Below are positions 52,461 to 64,000 of a stretch of DNA of 64,000 bases, one piece after another; positions within the stretch are counted from its first letter, which is position 1; every line of letters starts with the position of its first letter. The stretch is from positions 96,001 through 160,000 of the forward strand of contig JAVRCV020000004.1 of NCBI GenBank assembly GCA_034530615.2. Reading direction: 5' to 3'. The notes beneath the pieces are model-generated. The model did no database searches, was not told the origin of the DNA, and saw nothing but the letters and a program-made list of their open reading frames with translations. Both the position numbers and the translations under genes were made by a program. The stretch comes from Aulosira sp. ZfuVER01. Its GTDB lineage: Bacteria; Cyanobacteriota; Cyanobacteriia; Cyanobacteriales; Nostocaceae.

Positions 52461-54995
52461 ATGATGAAATGGTCTGTCATCCAAAAGCTGAGAGTCGTAT
52501 TTATTCTAGTCTTGGCAGTTTTATTCACTAATGCTGTAGTGTCCTATAGCATCACTATGAAGCTGATCCACAATCAGCAATGGGTGACACAGTCCCAGGA
52601 AGTTATTACTCAACTAGAAACTCTACATTCAAAACTTCAAAATGCGGAAATTGCACAACGTAGCTATCTACTAACTGCAAATACAGATGACTTAGCAGCC
52701 TATCTGCAAGCGCGACAACAGACTGACAATAATATCCAAATTCTAAAAAAGTTAACTCAGGCTTCTCAAAATCAGCAGTTAATTTCTATACTTGAGGAAA
52801 AAATTACCAACAAACTCAACATTCTGCAATCAGAAATTTCTGTTTATCAGAACCAAGGATTGGATGCTGTTCGGAAGTTAGTTTTGTCCGATAAAAAGCG
52901 GAATCTAAAAAATGATATTCAACAGTTAATTTACGACAAACTAGAGGCAGAACAAAAAATCCTACAACGGCAGAGTCAGCAGTCGCAAGCAACCGCTTAC
53001 AAGTCGATTACCACATTTTTATTAGCCGCTTTCATAGATTTATTATTAGTCGCATTGTTATATGATTTGTTGTGGCGTTATGTCAACCGACTTCAGCAGA
53101 CAGAACTGGATTTACGCCAAAGTGAGAATCGTCTGCGAGCAATTATAGATGCAGAACCAGAATGTATTAAGTTAATTGCAAGGGATGGTACTTTATTAGA
53201 AATTAATGCTTCTGGACTGGCGATGATAGAGATAGAAAGTGCGGAAAGAGTGATTGGTAAGCCAATTGGCACTGCGATCGCACCAGAATATAGAGAAGCT
53301 TTTTTGGCTTTGCATGAACGTGTTTGTCAAGGTGAAAAGGGTAATTTAGAGTTTGAAATCGTCGGATTTAAAGGTACTCGCCGTTGGATGGAAACTTATG
53401 CTGTACCACTGTGTAACGAATCGGATGGCACATTTATGCATTTGGCTGTGACGCGAGATATTACTAAGCGCCAACAAGCAGAACAGAAAATCCGCGAACA
53501 AGCAGCACTTTTAGATGTCGCAACTGATGCGATTTTAGTCAGAAATATTCACAACCAAATATTATTTTGGAATAAAGGTGCTGAACGTATCTACGGCTGG
53601 AAGCTTGAGGAAGCTATAGGTAAAAATGTTGTAGAGCTTTTGTACAAAGATACTTCACCCCAGCTACAAGATGCATTTTTTCAAGTCGTCCACAGAGGTG
53701 AATGGCGAGGTGAGTTGCAGCACTTAACAAAAGATGGTAAAGAAATTATCGTTGAAAGCCGCTGGACACTGATGCGGGATGAAAAAAATCAACCAAAATC
53801 AATTCTTAGTGTCAGTACAGAAATCACCGATAAAAAACAACTAGAAGCGCAACTTTTGCGATCGCAACGCTTAGAGAGTCTGGGAACTCTTGCGGGAGGG
53901 ATTGCCCACGACCTTAACAATGTACTAGCTCCAGTGTTAATGTCAGTTGAGTTGTTGCAAATGAAATTGCACGACCAACAGAGTCAACATGTACTCCAAA
54001 CCCTAGAAAATAATGTCAAACGGGGGGCTAGTTTACTCAAGCAAGTTTTGTCTTTTGCACGGGGTATGGAAGGCAAACACACAATTGTGCAAATTAGGCA
54101 ATTAATACAAGAGATTGAGCAGATTGTTAATCAAACATTTCCCAAATCCATTACCTGTCATGTAGATTTATCCGAAAATCTCTGGTACGTGTTTGGAAAC
54201 ACCACTCAACTGCATCAGGTACTGATGAACTTGGTAGTTAATGCTCGTGATGCCATGCCAGAGGGCGGCATCATAAAAATTGTAGTGGAGAATGTGGTTA
54301 TTGATGAAAACTATGCAAAGTTGCATATTAATGCTCAAGCAGGTTCCTATGTTGCTATTTCTGCGATCGATACAGGTATAGGTATATCGCCTGAAATACA
54401 AGAACGGATTTTTGAGCCATTTTTTACTACCAAAGATGTGGGAAAAGGTACAGGCTTGGGACTATCTACAGCGTTAGGTATTATTAAAAACCATGATGGT
54501 TTTGTGAATGTGAATAGTGAAATTGGTAAAGGCACTCAATTTAAAGTGTACTTACCCGCCGTAGGCGATCGCACTCAACCAGTCAATTTCCCTGAACTAG
54601 AAGCTGCCAGAGGAAATGGCGAATTGATTTTGGTAGTGGATGATGAAGCAGGAATTCGGGAAATTACCAAATCATCTTTGGAAACATATAATTATCGGGT
54701 TTTAACTGCTAGTAATGGTGTAGAGGCAGTTGCATTATATACAAAATATCGGCAGCAAATTACTGTGGTATTGCTGGATATGATGATGCCAGAGATGGAT
54801 GGTGCGATCGCCATTCGCCAGCTTAAAAAAATTAATCCCTATGTCAAAATTATTGTCATTAGCGGACTGTTATCAAATCAAAATAAAAGAGAAGCCGCTA
54901 ACATGGGTGTAAGAGCATTTTTATCCAAACCCTGCACTGCCAAAGAGTTATTGCAAACAATTAGTGCAATCAAAGTGCTAAGTAGCGAGTTGTGA
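52461..54995 (+). CDS. Hybrid sensor histidine kinase (CHASE3-PAS-PAS-HisKA-HATPase-REC)
   Basis: TM plus CHASE3-like sensor; GIAHDLNN, NARDAM, FFTTK, GTGLGL; receiver LVVDD...LLDMMMP. Confidence 0.92.
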   Translation: MMKWSVIQKLRVVFILVLAVLFTNAVVSYSITMKLIHNQQWVTQSQEVITQLETLHSKLQNAEIAQRSYLLTANTDDLAAYLQARQQTDNNIQILKKLTQASQNQQLISILEEKITNKLNILQSEISVYQNQGLDAVRKLVLSDKKRNLKNDIQQLIYDKLEAEQKILQRQSQQSQATAYKSITTFLLAAFIDLLLVALLYDLLWRYVNRLQQTELDLRQSENRLRAIIDAEPECIKLIARDGTLLEINASGLAMIEIESAERVIGKPIGTAIAPEYREAFLALHERVCQGEKGNLEFEIVGFKGTRRWMETYAVPLCNESDGTFMHLAVTRDITKRQQAEQKIREQAALLDVATDAILVRNIHNQILFWNKGAERIYGWKLEEAIGKNVVELLYKDTSPQLQDAFFQVVHRGEWRGELQHLTKDGKEIIVESRWTLMRDEKNQPKSILSVSTEITDKKQLEAQLLRSQRLESLGTLAGGIAHDLNNVLAPVLMSVELLQMKLHDQQSQHVLQTLENNVKRGASLLKQVLSFARGMEGKHTIVQIRQLIQEIEQIVNQTFPKSITCHVDLSENLWYVFGNTTQLHQVLMNLVVNARDAMPEGGIIKIVVENVVIDENYAKLHINAQAGSYVAISAIDTGIGISPEIQERIFEPFFTTKDVGKGTGLGLSTALGIIKNHDGFVNVNSEIGKGTQFKVYLPAVGDRTQPVNFPELEAARGNGELILVVDDEAGIREITKSSLETYNYRVLTASNGVEAVALYTKYRQQITVVLLDMMMPEMDGAIAIRQLKKINPYVKIIVISGLLSNQNKREAANMGVRAFLSKPCTAKELLQTISAIKVLSSEL

Positions 54996-55205
54996 ATGCT
55001 GAGTTGGAAATCATGCAGTCCCACTGAAAATTCACCGTGCGTCAACCACAGATGAGGGGGATGAGGGAGAAATGAGCAATGACTCAGTGCTGAAATTGGT
55101 CAAAGTTATAAATTAACAATAGCTTTACGAATATTCCTTGAGATAGAGATTTTTTTTCGCTATCTTATTGTTAAGATTATTAAAATTTTTCCCGAAAAAA
55201 CCACT

Positions 55206-56249
55206 ATGGCTTTATACGCTGAATTGCATCGGCATCTGGGCGGTTCGGTTGTACCTCGTGTGTTATGGCGTTATTTCGAGAGACATGCATCAGAGTTGAT
55301 TTCCCGATTCGCGAACTATCCAGAATTTGAAGACTTTTATACAAGACCGCGCAACACCCTAGATGAATATCTAGAATTGCATACTCTAGTAGAAAGTGTG
55401 CAGACTGTAGAGACTTTGCCTTACTTTATCTATCGCTTGCTACGGGGTGCTTACATATTTGAGAATTTAGCTTATTTGGAACTGCGCTACACCCCTTATT
55501 TACGAACACCCGAACATCTGAGTCAATCCGAAAGAATTGACAAGATGGCAGAAATTGTAGAAGTTGTAGGAAAAGCTAGTCAGTTGGAAGAATATCCAAT
55601 TGTGACTAGCCAAATTCTCTGTATGCACTCGCGTTTACCTTATGAGGTGAATAAGGCAATTGTTGATTTAGCAGTGCACAACAAACAGTATGTCTGTGCA
55701 GTAGACATCGCTGGGGGTGATAGCTACTATGCTGAACGTATGGAGGAATGGATTAACCTGTATGATTATGCCTGCTCCCTAAATATTAAAACTACAGGAC
55801 ATCTTTACGAAACTACAGCCGGTTGTTACACCCAACTTTTACCTTATCTGAAGCGGATTGGTCACGGAATTCAAATTCCACTGTTGTATCCTGAATTACT
55901 TTCAGATATAGCTAAAAGAGGGCAATGTTTAGAGGTTTGCCCCACAACTTATCTAAAAACAGGTACTTTGCAAGATATACGTCAACTCAAATTAGTTTTT
56001 GACCGCTGTTTTGAAGCTGGGGTAGACATTGCTATTTGTACTGATAATGCTGGTTTACACAATGTGCGTCTGCCATTTGAGTATGAAAATCTTTTGACAT
56101 ACGACATTATTAACTTTAAACAGTTGCAAGCTTGTCAGGATGCAGCTTTCCGTCATGCTTTTGCTTGGCCTTACGGCGAACGCCCTGCATCTCTGTTGAG
56201 TGGATTGTTGAAACCTGAACCCGCGAAAGTTTTGGCAATGCAAGATTAA
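55206..56249 (+). CDS. Adenosine deaminase family protein
   Basis: ELHRHLGGS, HLYE, RIGHG, EVCPT, CTDN. Confidence 0.88.
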   Translation: MALYAELHRHLGGSVVPRVLWRYFERHASELISRFANYPEFEDFYTRPRNTLDEYLELHTLVESVQTVETLPYFIYRLLRGAYIFENLAYLELRYTPYLRTPEHLSQSERIDKMAEIVEVVGKASQLEEYPIVTSQILCMHSRLPYEVNKAIVDLAVHNKQYVCAVDIAGGDSYYAERMEEWINLYDYACSLNIKTTGHLYETTAGCYTQLLPYLKRIGHGIQIPLLYPELLSDIAKRGQCLEVCPTTYLKTGTLQDIRQLKLVFDRCFEAGVDIAICTDNAGLHNVRLPFEYENLLTYDIINFKQLQACQDAAFRHAFAWPYGERPASLLSGLLKPEPAKVLAMQD

Positions 56250-56317
56250 TAAATTACTCGTAGGAAACTTGCTGAGTTAAGAGTCACACCCTTACGCAAA
56301 ATTCACAATTATCAAGC

Positions 56318-56342
56318 CTCCTAGATTTATCCTGGGGGCTTG
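56318..56342. terminator. Hairpin between convergent genes
   Basis: TCAAGCCTCCTAG...CCTGGGGGCTTGA inverted repeat, about 56312-56343. Confidence 0.5.
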
Positions 56343-56352
56343 AATAATGCTC

Positions 56353-57096
56353 TTATTTGAGACATTCAATACCAACTATGGGCATACAATCAAGGAAATC
56401 CTGCCAATATTCTTGACCAAATTCTTCCACTCCTTGAGGAGAAATTATTGGTTTTTGCCAGCGAACTGCTTTGAAACCGACACTCTGAAATGCCCACTCA
56501 TAAGTAGCTGCGCCAAGGTAATAGTTATCGAAGCTAAATTGCTGCTTGCTATGAGAAATTGTGAATGTGTATTTTATCGGCGTGCCTTCTATTAATGGTG
56601 AGGCTATGCTTTTAATAAATCCATACTTTTCAGTTGCAAGATAAGAACTGGGGGGTTGGGAGTCATTATTATTGATGGTGACGAAACGACCGCCTGGTTT
56701 TAGGTTAGCAAATATACTTTGACACATTTTCAATAGTTGGTCTCTGGTTTGGGCGTAATTGAGTAGATAGGAAGCCACCACCAGATCAAAGCTACCAATT
56801 TTATCAAGTTCAAATACATCACCAAGAATGTATTCAATATTTTGGGGTTCTCTGGCTTCTTCTTGTCTCGCCAGTTCAATCATGTTTTCGGAAATTTCCA
56901 CCCCTATCACGCGCGCTGCACCTTGGAGTTTGAATTGTCTGGTATAAAATCCTTCTCCGCAGGCCAAATCTAGGAGTGATTTTCCCAAGAGATCGCCAAG
57001 CAGATGAAAGTATGTATATGCTTCAATATGCAGACGAAACGGCAATTGTTTGGATTTTTTATACTCCTGGGCTATAGAGTCATAATAAGTTGCCAT
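56353..57096 (-). CDS. Class I SAM-dependent methyltransferase (ToxA-like)
   Basis: LLDLACGEGFYTR, YLLNYA, LKPGGRF. Confidence 0.85.
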   Translation of the reverse strand: MATYYDSIAQEYKKSKQLPFRLHIEAYTYFHLLGDLLGKSLLDLACGEGFYTRQFKLQGAARVIGVEISENMIELARQEEAREPQNIEYILGDVFELDKIGSFDLVVASYLLNYAQTRDQLLKMCQSIFANLKPGGRFVTINNNDSQPPSSYLATEKYGFIKSIASPLIEGTPIKYTFTISHSKQQFSFDNYYLGAATYEWAFQSVGFKAVRWQKPIISPQGVEEFGQEYWQDFLDCMPIVGIECLK

Positions 57097-57354
57097 TTTT
57101 TTACTCCACTAATTAATAGGGGTGATGTTAAAGAGTGAGTGTCTATGACTAACTCAACATCTATAGCAGTGCTATTAATCCTCAATACCGTGCTTAGTAT
57201 TGCCTGATTGAATTGCCAGAATAACAATTGTCAGAAGTAAAAAATGAAAATCTTGAGAACCGTAAACCTAAATTTCTATTTTTAGAAAATCATAGAAAAA
57301 CTGTACTGCACATTGTGCAGTACACAGAAACCAAACAATATTAACAAACAAAAA

Positions 57355-57696
57355 TTAAGCTCCAAGACCTTCTGTAGCACCACCGGCGGCTTTCCAACCA
57401 GCAAGACCACCTTGGATTGAAGAAACTTCAGCAAACCCAGCAGCCTTTAATGTTTGGGCAGCATTAGTTGATTGTTCATCATTTGTGCCATAAACATAGA
57501 TATGGCGTTCTGCGTGCAAAGAAGATTTAGCCCTTTTCGTTAGTTCATCTAAGGGGATGGGAATTGCTCCACTGATATGACCTTGATTATAGGTATGGCG
57601 ATCGCGCACGTCAATAATTGTAAAAGCTGGGTGTCCCCATTCCAAACGCAGCTTTAAATCGTGCGCATCAGTTAATAAATTGGTACTCATCGGCAT
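57355..57696 (-). CDS. Rhodanese-like domain protein
   Basis: IIDVRD, GHISGA, GGLAGW; lacks the catalytic Cys. Confidence 0.88.
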   Translation of the reverse strand: MPMSTNLLTDAHDLKLRLEWGHPAFTIIDVRDRHTYNQGHISGAIPIPLDELTKRAKSSLHAERHIYVYGTNDEQSTNAAQTLKAAGFAEVSSIQGGLAGWKAAGGATEGLGA

Positions 57697-57839
57697 TTTC
57701 CGCTTATAACCTTAAAAGCAATCTATCAAAGATCTAATTTCAATCGATATTTCTTTACAATTAATAAAAATTTTTTTTGAACGGTAAACAAAATTGCTTA
57801 TTCTATTCAGTGGTTGGCAGTTCGCCTACACTGTAATAT

Positions 57840-59543
57840 ATGACATCTACTATTCACGCTTTACCAACAGAAGTCGTATATCTAATTACAGCTGGAGAGG
57901 TCATCGACTCTTTAGCTTCTGTCGTGCGTGAATTGGCAGAAAATTCCCTTGATGCAGGCGCAACGAGAATTGTAGTTTCACTCTGGCCGGAGCAGTGGCG
58001 TGTTTGCGTAGCAGACAACGGTTGCGGAATGAACCTTGATGACTTGCAAAAAGCCGCAGCAACTCACAGCACCAGTAAGATTTATAGTTGTGCAGATTTA
58101 TGGAAAATTAGCAGTTTAGGATTTCGTGGAGAAGCACTGCATAGTTTGACGAATTTGGCAAATTTAGAAATTTTGAGTCGTCCGGCAAATGAGAATTTTG
58201 GATGGCGGGTGACTTATGGTGATGGTGGGAAAGTTGATCGGGTAGAAATAGCTGCGATCGCTCCTGGTACAGTGGTCACAGTCTCTAATTTATTTGCCAA
58301 TTGTGCAGCACGTCGTCAGGGTTTACCCCCTGTAGCACAGCAAATGAAAGCCGTGCAAGCCACAATTCAACAAATTGCCCTTTGTCACCCCCATGTTACT
58401 TGGCAAGTTCGGCAAAATGACCGGGAATGGTTCACCATTTATCCAGCTGCATCGATTAAACAATTACTACCGCAATTTCTACCTCAAGTTAAAGAAGCTG
58501 ACTTACAGCAAATTCAACTAAAATTACCCAATCCTCCCAACTCAGAACTGACTACTCACGACTCAGCACTGACTTTGGTGGTAGGATTACCCGATCGCTG
58601 TCATCGTCATCGTCCAGATTGGGTACGTGTAGCAATCAACGGTCGGATGGTTAAAACACCAGAACTTGAGCAAACAATTCTGGCAGCATTTCATCGGACA
58701 TTACCACGCGATCGCTATCCAGTTTGTTTATTACATCTTGTGATTTCTCCCGATCAAATTAACTGGAATCGCAACCCCGCAAAAACAGAAATTTACCTCA
58801 ACGAAGTCAGTTATTGGCAAGAACAAGTTACCCAAGGAATTGAGCAAGCACTCCGTATTAGTTCAGCCAATATTAAAGAAGCCGTTCATATCACACGTGT
58901 AAGTAAATTACTCAAAGCAGCAGAAGCCAAAGGCGGCTACAATTTCAATCCTAAAAATTCCAACGAAGGCGATAACAATCAGCCTTCAGGACTCAACAAT
59001 CCTTACTCTTTAAAAGCGGTTGCTCAAGTTAGCAATACTTATATTGTGGTGGAACATCCTGAGGGAATGTGGCTAGTAGAACAGCATATCGCCCATGAGC
59101 GAGTTTTGTACGAGCAAATATGCGATAACTGGCAACTTATCCCCGTCGAACCTGCAATTATTCTCTATCAATTATCCCCAAAACAAGTAGCACAATTACA
59201 ACGCATCGGTTTAGATATAGAAACCTTTGGTGAACAACTTTGGGCAGTCCGGAATATACCTGCAATGTTGCAGCAAAGAGAAGACTGTGCTGATGCAATT
59301 TTAGAACTCAGTTTAGGTGGCGATTTACAAGCAGCGCAAGTAGCAGTTGCTTGTCGCAGTGCCATTCGTAATGGTACACCGATGAGTTTGCCAGAAATGC
59401 AAACACTACTAGATCAATGGCAACGCACTCGTAACCCCCGCACCTGTCCCCACGGAAGACCAATTTATTTATCATTAGAAGAGTCTGCTTTGGCGCGGTT
59501 TTTCCGGCGTAATTGGGTGATTGGCAAGAGTCACGGAATTTGA
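57840..59543 (+). CDS. mutL: DNA mismatch repair protein MutL
   Basis: AGEVI, ENSLDAGA, GFRGEAL, EQHIAHE, ACR, CPHGRP. Confidence 0.95.
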   Translation: MTSTIHALPTEVVYLITAGEVIDSLASVVRELAENSLDAGATRIVVSLWPEQWRVCVADNGCGMNLDDLQKAAATHSTSKIYSCADLWKISSLGFRGEALHSLTNLANLEILSRPANENFGWRVTYGDGGKVDRVEIAAIAPGTVVTVSNLFANCAARRQGLPPVAQQMKAVQATIQQIALCHPHVTWQVRQNDREWFTIYPAASIKQLLPQFLPQVKEADLQQIQLKLPNPPNSELTTHDSALTLVVGLPDRCHRHRPDWVRVAINGRMVKTPELEQTILAAFHRTLPRDRYPVCLLHLVISPDQINWNRNPAKTEIYLNEVSYWQEQVTQGIEQALRISSANIKEAVHITRVSKLLKAAEAKGGYNFNPKNSNEGDNNQPSGLNNPYSLKAVAQVSNTYIVVEHPEGMWLVEQHIAHERVLYEQICDNWQLIPVEPAIILYQLSPKQVAQLQRIGLDIETFGEQLWAVRNIPAMLQQREDCADAILELSLGGDLQAAQVAVACRSAIRNGTPMSLPEMQTLLDQWQRTRNPRTCPHGRPIYLSLEESALARFFRRNWVIGKSHGI

Positions 59544-59641
59544 TTTTTAGTCAAGCTTCTTTGCACTTTTTATAGTTATAGATTGGCGATCGCAAGGCAA
59601 AAATAATTAATAGAAATCAGGGTATAAAAATTACTATTAAT

Positions 59642-59670
59642 GGGCTTATATAGATTGTTTATATAAGCTC
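59642..59670. terminator. Inverted repeat downstream of mutL
   Basis: GGGCTTATATA-GATTGTT-TATATAAGCTC. Confidence 0.45.
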
Positions 59671-60043
59671 AAGTATTGTTAGTGAATGAGTTTAACTATG
59701 TAAAGTGCTTGAGCTACTTACGTAGATACGTGTGTAAACATAGTTGTAATTATTGGATCGCCACAAAGAAAATTAGTTAAGTTAGTGCGATATTCGGTCT
59801 ATAAGCGAGAGTTATGAGGAGAATCAATGAATAGTGAAAAAACGCAAAGTTGAAGTACATTTTTTACCAGCCGATTGATAACAGCGTAGCTTAACAATCC
59901 TTTGTGACAGATTGCTGAAACCACCAGTGAAGTTGTAAAGCGGACAAAACTGTGGCACAAAAAGTTGCTACTGCGATCGCATCCCAAAACTATGAGGCAG
60001 GTGATTTCAGCATGAGAATTTTCTGAAACCACCTGTTATTGAT

Positions 60044-61144
60044 TTAAAATCCTACTTCTTGGAAAGAACAAGCGATCGCTAATTCAGCGTGTTCTTTGAG
60101 CGTATCTCGATCGAGAGTATGAACGAGATACTGGGGAGTAACAGCCAGTAGTTTATCGATTCTGTTCCTAGCTGCTGCTACTACTGATTCATCAAGACTA
60201 CCGTTACTCAGAGAATCCGCAAAATCTTTGGCAATGTGATAGGTACGTTCCAGAGATGATGAATTAATGTTACGCGAGACAATAAATAAATCGCAGCCAG
60301 CATGAATTGCCCGCGCCACAGTCCCTTTTTGAGTAAACATGTCTGAGACTGCTTTCATATCTAAGTCATCAGATACAACTATGCCCTGAAAACCCAATTC
60401 TTCCCGTAATATACCGTTGAGAATGCCTTGAGAAAGCGTTGCTGGCACATCGGGGTCTATTTTGGGAAACAGGATATGGGCTGTCATAATCAAAGGCACC
60501 TGTTCCTCAATTAAAGCTTTGAAGGGTATAAGTTCTCGATTTCGCAGGTCTTCTTTAGTCAGATGCAGTACTGGTAATTCTAGATGAGAGTCCTGGCTAG
60601 TATCACCATGACCAGGGAAGTGCTTGGCACAACCGAGAATTCCTGATTCCTGAAGTCCCAGGTAGTATTCCCGCACTACTTTAGCTGCCGTTTCGGGAGT
60701 CGTACCAAAGGCGCGAGGGCCAATTACCGGATTGTGAGGATTGGAATAAATATCTGCTACAGGTGCCCAGGATATATTAATGCCCAGAGATTTGAGTTCT
60801 ACGGCTGTGGCTTTTGCTACCTGACGCGATCGCGATTGCAACAGCAAGGCATAAGGAAAACGGGTAATTGGCACAGGTGTACGCACCACCCGACCGCCTT
60901 CATGGTCTAGGGTAAAAAACATGGAATCGCGTTCGGCGTATTGTCGTACCTGATCGATCAACTCCCTATAAGTTTGCAACCAAATTTCATAGGCAGCGCC
61001 ATCTAGAAAGTTTTTAGCAAAAAATATTACCCCAACCGGTTGCAATTCACTCAGCGCGCGTTTATCGTCATCACTTAATGTCGTTCCGGAGACACCGAGA
61101 ATTAAATGATGCCCAAAGCCCTGAAGATTCTGCGTTACTGACAT
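60044..61144 (-). CDS. nagZ: Beta-N-acetylhexosaminidase (GH3)
   Basis: DHEGGRV, KHFPGHGDTSQDSH, SDDLDM. Confidence 0.9.
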   Translation of the reverse strand: MSVTQNLQGFGHHLILGVSGTTLSDDDKRALSELQPVGVIFFAKNFLDGAAYEIWLQTYRELIDQVRQYAERDSMFFTLDHEGGRVVRTPVPITRFPYALLLQSRSRQVAKATAVELKSLGINISWAPVADIYSNPHNPVIGPRAFGTTPETAAKVVREYYLGLQESGILGCAKHFPGHGDTSQDSHLELPVLHLTKEDLRNRELIPFKALIEEQVPLIMTAHILFPKIDPDVPATLSQGILNGILREELGFQGIVVSDDLDMKAVSDMFTQKGTVARAIHAGCDLFIVSRNINSSSLERTYHIAKDFADSLSNGSLDESVVAAARNRIDKLLAVTPQYLVHTLDRDTLKEHAELAIACSFQEVGF

Positions 61145-61277
61145 AACGTTTTACCTGTGGCTATTTATTTAATAGCATTTCATTTCTGATAACAGAGGTA
61201 TGGTAATTGCTAGTAGCTATTTATGCAATCAGCTATTAGCAATCAGCCATAAGTAATTAGCAATAACCAAAACTCGA

Positions 61278-62513
61278 TCAAAAGTCAGATACTAATGCAA
61301 GTTGCCTGACAGGCTTGGATTTTCTGGTTTTGAGGTTAGAAGCTTTTAAGGTCATTTTGGGTTGATTACTTTGCAAAATTACTGCTTCATAGGGCACTAC
61401 TCCAGCAATTTCGCTGTTGAGACAACGTGCTGCTGCCACTGATAGATCTAAGCTGCGGGGTTGAATATAAGGGCCGCGATCGTTGACTCGCACAATTACA
61501 GCTTTTTTTGTTTTTAAATTTGTCACCTGCAAATATGTATTAAAGGGCAGGGACTTATGGGCTACAGTCAATTCATTTTGGTTGTATATCTCGCCGTTTG
61601 CTGTTAAACGACCATGAAAATAGCCTCCATACCAAGAAGCTAACCCAGATATTTTTTTCGCAGAAGGGGTGACACCATACATTTCCCTCTGTCCTTCCAC
61701 TAGTGTCAGCTTTGGTGCTTTGAAAGCGGAACGCAGATTATTAATCCACTCAATTGCTAACAGGTCGCCACTGCGATGGAACCTTCGAGAAATTTGTTTT
61801 TCAATCCCCCATAAAAAGCGATTACCTGCCATTAATGCAGGTATACCATCCACTAAAGCAGGCCGTAATTGATGAGCATCTAAGTTAGGTGACTTAACTA
61901 GAGGCATTAAGCGTTGTTGCATTGACTTTGCAGCAGTTTCTGTGGGCAAAGTTGCAACTATACGGTTATTGACCCAGACTTCATACTTCTGTTTGTCTCG
62001 ATGAACTACCAATACTGGTAAGGAAGCAGACATAAAATTCTGCTCAACAGGATTAGCAAAGCTGAAGAAATCTTGCAGCGATCGCAGGATTTTATTCTGT
62101 AAAAAATCTTGGGTTAAAGAACCAGAGTTAATTATTGTTCCAGAAGACAAACTGCTAGATGCTTGGAAAATAGCCTGTTTTGATGCTATCTCTTGCCCAG
62201 AACTACAAAGCTGTTTTTGGCTATTTTTAGCTGCTGTTTTCTTAGCTGTCAGCGGTTGCTCGAAATTTGCTTTGGTTTCACGATTGCCCCAATCTATTCT
62301 TAAAAATCTTGTAGGTAGCAACGTCGTGCTCCAAACATTTATCGGCTGCTTCGGTCGCACAAACAATGGGCGATGCTTACTTACAAATTTTCCAAAATTG
62401 GCTGAAACTTTTGTTGGTAATACATTTGGTGTATAACTTGGCGGTAGGTTTTTGCTAAATGACAAACAAGAACCAATCCAAGATGTCATCCAAAGGAATT
62501 CAATCAATATCAT
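61278..62513 (-). CDS. rlpA: RlpA-family lytic transglycosylase (DPBB domain)
   Basis: GLASWYG, TANGE, AHKSLPF, VRVNDRGPY, LDLS. Confidence 0.85.
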   Translation of the reverse strand: MILIEFLWMTSWIGSCLSFSKNLPPSYTPNVLPTKVSANFGKFVSKHRPLFVRPKQPINVWSTTLLPTRFLRIDWGNRETKANFEQPLTAKKTAAKNSQKQLCSSGQEIASKQAIFQASSSLSSGTIINSGSLTQDFLQNKILRSLQDFFSFANPVEQNFMSASLPVLVVHRDKQKYEVWVNNRIVATLPTETAAKSMQQRLMPLVKSPNLDAHQLRPALVDGIPALMAGNRFLWGIEKQISRRFHRSGDLLAIEWINNLRSAFKAPKLTLVEGQREMYGVTPSAKKISGLASWYGGYFHGRLTANGEIYNQNELTVAHKSLPFNTYLQVTNLKTKKAVIVRVNDRGPYIQPRSLDLSVAAARCLNSEIAGVVPYEAVILQSNQPKMTLKASNLKTRKSKPVRQLALVSDF

Positions 62514-63261
62514 GTCGATTTAATGTCCAAGTAACTGCACAATTCAACAGTGCAACCCTGGTTTTGCTAAACAACATTTTTTGGCTACGAAATTAAAATT
62601 TTATTCTTTGAAACAGAAAAAAAACCTCATAATTTGTTGCAAAATACTGAGCGATCCCCAGCAGGGATCATCATATCTTGTTGTCTGCAAATAAACAAAT
62701 AAAACTTTTAGATATTGTTTTGAATTATTAGTCTGTTTTAAATTTAAATTTTTTATATTTCACTTTTATGCCACATAAAAAACTGCACAATCATTTATTT
62801 AACAACGATAAATATACTTAAATTTATGCAAGTAAAGTAATAATTTTAACAATTAATATTTATTTGTCAAAATAAAATATACCTATTTTTAAGTGGCTAG
62901 CAATCTTCACTAATTGCGAAATCTGGCGTGAAAACTAATTCAGGTAGATTGGTAAAAAATCAACTATCAGCGACGATCAAATCGCTAAAGTCTGGTTGCA
63001 GAAAATCAATTAGCTCAAACTAAACACGAGTTAAGCAACTGGCACACATAATCTTTGGTGATGAAGGTCAAGAGGAGCCAGTGCATTGAGAGGGTTCCTT
63101 TTGACTCTGGATAACTTCTGCGAAAAAATCAGGCACTGGTTTAAGTCCTAAATAAAACTTTTTTGGGAAGCGATCGCACAAAAACTGCTAAATGTAACAG
63201 ATTGCAACGTATAATGAGAACGGCAAAACGATTAAGAAATATTGAAAAGCAGTAGGGTTAA

Positions 63262-64000
<739 letters not shown>

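Noticed and set aside
57840..59543. Defective MutL (EQHIAHE instead of DQHAAHE)
   Set aside because: The ORF is intact with ACR and CPHGRP motifs; this looks like a normal cyanobacterial variant.

Overview
Chromosomal window from a filamentous cyanobacterium, probably Nostocales (dense HIP1 GCGATCGC sites, heptamer STRR tracts, Nostoc-like proteins). Most genes are housekeeping: ndhK/ndhJ, ndhQ, cobJ, cmpABCD, flv4/flv2, chlL/chlN, purQ/purS/purA, zur, ftrV, rplY, mutL, nagZ, rlpA and pds. The unusual parts are: (1) two tandem paralogous two-gene modules, each a STAND-like P-loop ATPase plus a TPR protein with a degenerate NTPase-like N-terminus, one carrying near-identical 126-bp TPR repeats that vary mainly at a few whole codons; (2) the flv4-sll0218-like-flv2 cassette inserted inside the cmpABCD bicarbonate transporter operon; (3) an unannotated multi-branched RNA-like element upstream of ftrV; (4) a probable orphan NsiR1-like sRNA; (5) an orphan double-glycine-leader peptide; (6) a PlsY-dikinase fusion; (7) nested MITEs, small hairpin repeats and 21-bp tandem arrays. 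All family assignments come from motif recognition by eye. No searches or folding programs were run.
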